Below are positions 59,059 through 64,000 of a stretch of DNA of 64,000 nucleotides, piece after piece (position 1 is the first letter of the stretch; every line of letters starts with the position of its first letter). The position numbers and the translations under genes are program-made. Location: positions 5,647 to 69,646 of the IMG/VR virus record IMGVR_UViG_3300022700_000048, one strand, 5' to 3'. The notes under the pieces were generated by a model. That model did no database searches. It saw only the letters and a list, made by a program, of their open reading frames with translations, and was not told the origin of the DNA. The stretch is from a virus.

Positions 59059-59085
59059 TACGAAAATTCTATTAATAATGTTACA
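59059..59085 (-). promoter_or_regulatory. ECF-type promoter TGTAAC-N17-CGTA
   Basis: Minus-strand motif upstream of 59038; its -10 overlaps a TATATTTG element. Confidence 0.65.
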
Positions 59086-59108
59086 AATTTTAAATTTTAA
59101 AATATTTC

Positions 59109-59139
59109 TTGTTATTTTAAAAAAGATATTATAATTTTG
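59109..59139 (+). promoter_or_regulatory. Bacteroidota sigma-A-type promoter
   Basis: TTG-N20-TAATTTTG upstream of 59156. Confidence 0.7.
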
Positions 59140-59155
59140 TTAATAAAAAAAATTT

Positions 59156-59533
59156 ATGAAAATAAAACAAAGAATGAAAAGATTTCTCGAATTTTTAATA
59201 GAGAATCGACAAACAGGTCATACATCATTATTGAATAAAATTGGTAAAAAACACGATATTTATATTATTGTCCATAATGCAAAAATGGTTAATGAATTTG
59301 ATTCAGAAGTTCAAAGTAAAATAATTCCAATTGATAATATTAGTATTTTACAAGCTGCTCCAAATAAACCAGTATTATTGGATAATAAAATATTATTAGA
59401 TTTGTTAAATGATAGTATTAAAAATATTGAACATAAAGAAGATATAATTTATTATTATAAAGAAAGCATAAATAAAATTAAAGATATTGTTAAAGAAAAT
59501 GATCATATCTTAAGTACAAGAGGAATAAAATAA
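59156..59533 (+). CDS. Hypothetical protein (possible degenerate P-loop RQTGHT)
   Basis: 125-aa ORF. Confidence 0.55.
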   Translation: MKIKQRMKRFLEFLIENRQTGHTSLLNKIGKKHDIYIIVHNAKMVNEFDSEVQSKIIPIDNISILQAAPNKPVLLDNKILLDLLNDSIKNIEHKEDIIYYYKESINKIKDIVKENDHILSTRGIK

Positions 59534-59537
59534 TTTT

Positions 59538-59564
59538 TGTAACAATTTTATATTAATTTTCGTA
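59538..59564 (+). promoter_or_regulatory. ECF-type promoter TGTAAC-N17-CGTA
   Basis: Motif upstream of 59588. Confidence 0.65.
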
Positions 59565-59587
59565 TATAATTTAAAATATGTTTTAAT

Positions 59588-59872
59588 ATGGTTTTATCAG
59601 GACAACATACAATTAATTTTACATTAAAGGGTGAGAATAAAAGAATTGTTGTTAAAATAAACATTAAACCCCAAAAAGAATTATTAATGGAATCAGGAGA
59701 ATTTTTATGGAATATAATAGGAACAATTAATGGAAGAGATATTGATCAATCTGAATTAAAGGGTACTGTAAATGCACAATTAGTTGCTGAAGAAATTGCA
59801 GAAAACAGAATAGAAAAATTAAGAAAAGAGTATGGTCGTTTATTAAGAATAAAGAAAAGTAAAGAAACATGA
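59588..59872 (+). CDS. Hypothetical protein
   Basis: 94-aa ORF. Confidence 0.6.
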   Translation: MVLSGQHTINFTLKGENKRIVVKINIKPQKELLMESGEFLWNIIGTINGRDIDQSELKGTVNAQLVAEEIAENRIEKLRKEYGRLLRIKKSKET

Positions 59873-60366
59873 AAATAAATTTAGAAAGATATTTAGAACA
59901 AGAAATAAAAATTATTAGTAATTTATTAATTAAAACTGGTGATTGGAAACAATTTGATGAGTCAGCATTTGAAATGAATATGTCATTAAAAAAATCTAAT
60001 AAAATGATAAAAATTATTCTGGTATTATATCCAGAATTATTAACATATACATATGTTTGGCATGAGGGTGCTGGTGTATATGATGATGGAAGAAATGGAC
60101 GATCTGAATACGTTACAACACCTTGGATAGCATGTAGAATTGAATTAGAAGGCGAACAAAATACAGATTGGCATTATGATGTGCTAAAAAAAATAAAAGA
60201 ATGGGTTTATGAAAAATTACCACTTAAACCATTTAAAGATGAAGATGCATGCCATCAAATATATTCTCGTCAATGTTCTGCATACATAAGAGAACATACT
60301 AAATATATATTTTATTTAAATATTGATTATCCCAATGGTTGGTGGGAAAATCATGTATTAGGTTAA
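59869..60366 (+). CDS. Hypothetical protein
   Basis: 165-aa ORF, ATGA overlap. Confidence 0.6.
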   Translation: MKINLERYLEQEIKIISNLLIKTGDWKQFDESAFEMNMSLKKSNKMIKIILVLYPELLTYTYVWHEGAGVYDDGRNGRSEYVTTPWIACRIELEGEQNTDWHYDVLKKIKEWVYEKLPLKPFKDEDACHQIYSRQCSAYIREHTKYIFYLNIDYPNGWWENHVLG

Positions 60367-60371
60367 TTATA

Positions 60372-60398
60372 TGTAACAAATATTAATTTTTTTACATA
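60372..60398 (+). promoter_or_regulatory. ECF-type promoter variant TGTAAC-N17-CATA
   Basis: Same spacing as the other three sites, upstream of 60408. Confidence 0.5.
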
Positions 60399-60407
60399 TT
60401 ACATTAT

Positions 60408-60872
60408 ATGAATATATTTGTTTTAGATACCGATCCCAAAAAATGTGCTCAATACCATAATGATAAACATGTTATAAAAATGATACTTGAGACTGCACAG
60501 TTGCTGTGTGGTGTACATCATACGACAGGTAATGATGATGTGCTATATCGTCTCACACATAAAAATCACCCTTGTTCTATTTGGGCACGACAATCAATCT
60601 CAAATTATAAATGGTTGGCAAAACTTGGTTTAGAATTATGTTATGAATATACTAAAAGATATAATAAAATTCATAAAAGTCAAAAAGTTATTGAATGGTG
60701 TGCTGAAAATATTCCTAATTTATCAAATAGTGATATGACAGAATTTGTATGTGCAATGCCAGATAGTTGTAAAATATCAAATGATCCAATAACTAACTAT
60801 CGTAAATATTATATGCAAGAAAAAGCATCGATATCAACTTGGAAAACTCAAAAACCAGAATGGTATGAATAA
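60408..60872 (+). CDS. Pyrimidine-dimer DNA glycosylase (DenV-related) family protein
   Basis: MNIF.LD.DP...A..H.DKHVIKMILETAQLL, THKNHPCSIW, EY..RY.KIH. Confidence 0.8.
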   Translation: MNIFVLDTDPKKCAQYHNDKHVIKMILETAQLLCGVHHTTGNDDVLYRLTHKNHPCSIWARQSISNYKWLAKLGLELCYEYTKRYNKIHKSQKVIEWCAENIPNLSNSDMTEFVCAMPDSCKISNDPITNYRKYYMQEKASISTWKTQKPEWYE

Positions 60873-61317
60873 ATTGAATAAACATCAGAAAGAAATTATT
60901 GATTATTTTGATCATAAATCAACCATAAATTTAGAGGTTGAAAAAAATTTAGGTAAAGTTATGGAAAAACCACAAGAACAAATTCATTTTGAAAATCTTT
61001 ATTTAAGACATAAAAGTGGGTGGTGGAGAGATAAACCATTTGAATCACTTGGTAATATAATACATTGGTTATATGTGTATGGAACTATGCAAATTGCTGA
61101 AAATTGTATTGTAGGTGATGGATATGTGAAATATCATGATTTTTATATGAAATTTAAATTTACGGATGAAAATCCACACATGCCTTATTTTTATGATCTT
61201 AATGATGAAAAATATGACTTTATTCTTAAAAGTCAGGAATATTACTTGAATGGTTTAAAAAAATTTCCTATCTTTGTTGTTGAGATTGATGAAAAATATA
61301 ATATGATAAAAAGATAA
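60865..61317 (+). CDS. Hypothetical protein
   Basis: 150-aa ORF. Confidence 0.6.
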   Translation: MNKLNKHQKEIIDYFDHKSTINLEVEKNLGKVMEKPQEQIHFENLYLRHKSGWWRDKPFESLGNIIHWLYVYGTMQIAENCIVGDGYVKYHDFYMKFKFTDENPHMPYFYDLNDEKYDFILKSQEYYLNGLKKFPIFVVEIDEKYNMIKR

Positions 61318-61322
61318 AAATT

Positions 61323-61490
61323 ATGTATATACAACACAATAGTTGGGAATATGTTTCAGAAGTAAAAAATGGGGCATATAATCTAAAAAAAGCTGATCCT
61401 GAAACTCGTGCTAAACAATTAAAAGAATTTAAGGAAAGGCGTAGAAAAGAATTAAAAAAAGAAATGCACAAACTAAATTTTTTAATTTAA
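61323..61490 (+). CDS. Small basic protein (not in the ORF track)
   Basis: 55 aa MYIQHNSWEYVSEVKNGAYNLKKADPETRAKQLKEF...; fills the gap between 61317 and 61495. Confidence 0.55.
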   Translation: MYIQHNSWEYVSEVKNGAYNLKKADPETRAKQLKEFKERRRKELKKEMHKLNFLI

Positions 61491-61494
61491 ATTT

Positions 61495-62025
61495 ATGGGT
61501 GGATATATTAGTAATATTGGTAATTTTCATTTAAGCATACATGATTCTATTCATGATCATATAAAAGATAAACAACCTAAAAAATATTATGAAAACTATA
61601 TGGTTGATGGTGAATTTGTTCAATACTTAGATGGATGGAAAAAACCTAAATATTCTTGGATGGTTAAAGAACGAAATAAAAATAAATGGAACATTAAAAT
61701 TCCTCTTTTAAAATTGGGTAAAATTCACAAATTAAAAAAGAATTATCGATTTAAATGGGAGATGAATTTAAGGAAATTACTATGGGAGGAAATTCATAAA
61801 AGAAATTTCACCGTTGAGGGATATGTTGCAATTAGAGATTTTTATAGGGATGAGAATGGAGAAAATATTTGGAAATATTATTATCTTACATCTAATATTG
61901 GTGAGCAACCAATAAAACTTCAATCTCCAACAGATGGGATTGATATATTACATCAGGTTCATAATGAAGATGAACATAAATGGATCATTAAACAAGGATT
62001 AGCATTTTATACTAAAATCAGATAA
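61495..62025 (+). CDS. Hypothetical protein
   Basis: 176-aa ORF. Confidence 0.6.
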   Translation: MGGYISNIGNFHLSIHDSIHDHIKDKQPKKYYENYMVDGEFVQYLDGWKKPKYSWMVKERNKNKWNIKIPLLKLGKIHKLKKNYRFKWEMNLRKLLWEEIHKRNFTVEGYVAIRDFYRDENGENIWKYYYLTSNIGEQPIKLQSPTDGIDILHQVHNEDEHKWIIKQGLAFYTKIR

Positions 62026-62059
62026 ATATTATGAAAGTAAAAATAAAACGGAAAATACT

Positions 62060-62359
62060 ATGGAAACATTAAAAAAATTATTTGAACTACAATTAAAAAA
62101 TAATAATCCACTTACAGAAGAATCATTAAAAACATTAGAATTAAAAACATATTTTAATGGTGAGAAAAAAAAGGTGGGGGATGTTGTGTTGTATGCAATG
62201 TTAGTGGGTGATGTAATTGAAAGAGAGGGTGATCATCCAGAATTACCAGTGGAAGTAATAACGTTAAATGAAAAACATTTTAATCAATTTGATATTAAAT
62301 ATAGATATCAAAAAAATTATGGTACAGATTTCATGCCATTTATTATGTTAAAAAAATAA
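62060..62359 (+). CDS. Hypothetical protein
   Basis: 99-aa ORF. Confidence 0.6.
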   Translation: METLKKLFELQLKNNNPLTEESLKTLELKTYFNGEKKKVGDVVLYAMLVGDVIEREGDHPELPVEVITLNEKHFNQFDIKYRYQKNYGTDFMPFIMLKK

Positions 62360-62385
62360 TAAAAAAATTTTTAAATATTATTAAT

Positions 62386-62628
62386 ATGATTACAGAAAAA
62401 GTTTATTCATCAATTAATGATGAAAAGATTCGTCAAAATCTTAACAATTCTCCTATTTGGAAAGAATGTTATAAAGAAGATGAAATAAAAAATATAAATA
62501 AACCATTATATTGTTATTCGATTAAATTTGATGGTTTAAAACCAATACAAATTACAAAAATAACAAAACCAAAATTTCATAAAAATGACAAAGAAGGAAA
62601 AGGAAATAGTAGAAAAAATAAAGGATAA
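62386..62628 (+). CDS. Hypothetical protein
   Basis: 80-aa ORF. Confidence 0.45.
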   Translation: MITEKVYSSINDEKIRQNLNNSPIWKECYKEDEIKNINKPLYCYSIKFDGLKPIQITKITKPKFHKNDKEGKGNSRKNKG

Positions 62629-62809
62629 ATATAAATCAATTGCATCCTTTTTTAAATTATGGGATCAAATTATTAGTGATACATCACTTACTATACAACA
62701 AAAACATGATATGTATCAAATGATTATAAAGGAACAACCTACTGCTACTGAAAATGCAAAGGAGATTGGGAAATTATTAAAATTTTTAAATGATGGATAT
62801 ACTCGATAG
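62585..62809 (+). CDS. Hypothetical protein
   Basis: 74-aa ORF. Confidence 0.5.
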   Translation: MTKKEKEIVEKIKDKYKSIASFFKLWDQIISDTSLTIQQKHDMYQMIIKEQPTATENAKEIGKLLKFLNDGYTR

Positions 62810-63083
62810 AATTAAATTAGCGTATTATGAAGTAAATATTATGTTGATTAATAATTATCAATATAAAATGATTCATAAAGATTTAAGAAAATTTATATAT
62901 AATTCAATGATGGATAAATTGGGTAATATTGTGGATGAAATTATTTGTAATGAAACCAATAATCCACCTGAAATAATTGATGATAATCTTATTATGTGTA
63001 GTGTTAAATATATTAATGATATTAATTCTATACATAATTATACATATATTGATTTACCATTTGGAAAATTGATTATAATATAA
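62790..63083 (+). CDS. Hypothetical protein
   Basis: 97 aa with ICNETNNPPEIIDDN motif. Confidence 0.55.
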   Translation: MMDILDRIKLAYYEVNIMLINNYQYKMIHKDLRKFIYNSMMDKLGNIVDEIICNETNNPPEIIDDNLIMCSVKYINDINSIHNYTYIDLPFGKLIII

Positions 63084-63174
63084 TAAAATTTCATATTGGT
63101 GAAGTATAAAATTAATCTATTAATTCATAGAGAATAAAAATTGATAAAATATTAATAATAAAAGAAATTATTGA

Positions 63175-64000
63175 ATGACTAATAATAATAAAAATGAAAA
63201 AATGACTCTTCCAGATGGTCGAGTTATTAGATTTAATAAAGATCAACAAGAAGCATTAGGTAAAATTAGAGATTGGTTAAAATCAAGTGAACAATTTTTT
63301 ACTCTTGGAGGTGTGGCTGGTACGGGTAAAAGCACAATAATAAAAAAAATAATCGATGAATATCGTGGGAAATTAGCAGTATCTGCTCCGACCCATAAAG
63401 CAAAAAAGGTGATAATGCAAACAACTGAACAAGATGGACAGACACTTCATGCTTTATTAGGTTTACGCCCTGATCTTGATTTAGATGATTTTAATCCAAA
63501 TGATCCTAAATACACAACTCTTGCTCCTCCAAGAATTTCTAATTATAATTTAGTTATTATTGATGAGGCATCAATGATTAATTATGATTTATATGAATTA
63601 ATTAAAGATACCATTAAAGGATGGAAAACAGTAAAAGTATTATTTATGGGTGATCCAGTTCAAATACCACCAGTTGGAGAGAAAGAAAGTGTTGTATTTA
63701 ATGGAACTATTAAAAATAGTCATAATTTAACTAAGGTAATGAGACAAAAAGATGGTAATCCACTTTTTGAAATATATGATAAATTAAGAAATAATTTAAA
63801 AGATGAAATAGGTGGATTTAGAAGAAAAACACAAATAAATTCTAAAGGTGAGGGTGTTATATTTACAAAAAATAAAGAGGAATTTCGTGAAAAATTAACA
63901 AATATTTTTGATTCTATGGAATTTAGAAGAGATTTTGATTATGCAAAACTTATTGCATGGCGTAATAATACTGTTATGAAATCCAATAAATTAATAAGAG
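63175..64000 (+). CDS. SF1B (Dda/RecD-like) DNA helicase, 3' end outside the window
   Basis: Hand translation: FNKDQQEAL, GVAGTGKS (Walker A), SAPTHKA, TLHALL, IIDEASMI, MGDPVQIPPV, LTKVMRQ. Confidence 0.92.
   Translation, partial: MTNNNKNEKMTLPDGRVIRFNKDQQEALGKIRDWLKSSEQFFTLGGVAGTGKSTIIKKIIDEYRGKLAVSAPTHKAKKVIMQTTEQDGQTLHALLGLRPDLDLDDFNPNDPKYTTLAPPRISNYNLVIIDEASMINYDLYELIKDTIKGWKTVKVLFMGDPVQIPPVGEKESVVFNGTIKNSHNLTKVMRQKDGNPLFEIYDKLRNNLKDEIGGFRRKTQINSKGEGVIFTKNKEEFREKLTNIFDSMEFRRDFDYAKLIAWRNNTVMKSNKLIR

Noticed and set aside
1-64000. Stop-codon reassignment (TAG or TGA), known in some Bacteroidota phages
   Set aside because: Long genes are intact in the standard code, and the TAG/TGA stops (e.g. 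4448, 12891, 47458) fall at sensible gene ends.
1-64000. CRISPR array, tRNA or rRNA genes, diversity-generating retroelement
   Set aside because: No regularly spaced repeats, cloverleaf-like GC-rich segments or reverse transcriptase seen by eye. A tRNAscan/Infernal run would be needed to exclude small RNAs.

Overview
Very AT-rich, gene-dense segment of a large (jumbo-type) contractile-tailed dsDNA phage genome, read in the standard genetic code. The host is most likely Bacteroidota: there are TTG-N20-TAnnTTTG promoters, no Shine-Dalgarno motifs, and SprB-like repeats. Left to right the window holds the 3' part of a family B DNA polymerase; a late-promoter cluster of small enzymes (NUDIX, WYL, GNAT, 2H phosphoesterase, HAD, ParB-like, glycosyltransferase); a baseplate/tail module (gp25-like, gp6-like, large wedge protein, Cys-rich repeat proteins) with an embedded glycosyltransferase; a replication/recombination block (RuvC-like, GIY-YIG, metallophosphoesterase, primase, ECF sigma factor, Hsp20, SbcD-SbcC fusion); membrane/lysis genes; a 1.36-kaa modular protein punctuated by (L/I/V/M)xE sites; a minus-strand accessory block (M23, two DEDD exonucleases, HAD, LAGLIDADG endonuclease, HD hydrolase); and the start of a Dda/RecD-like helicase. 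Three promoter classes can be read from the DNA (WGTATTTATW, TTG-N20-TAnnTTTG, TGTAAC-N17-CGTA), plus a possible sigma-54 site. The main leads are a [S/T]-G-x-T sequon and poly-Thr linkers concentrated in outer tail proteins next to a peptidyl-O-glycosyltransferase-like gene (candidate virion glycosylation system), a probable protease-processed head polyprotein with packaged enzyme cargo, a phage ECF sigma with its apparent cognate promoters, and a start-codon-sequestering hairpin that contains the late promoter. All function calls come from motif recognition by eye; no searches were run.
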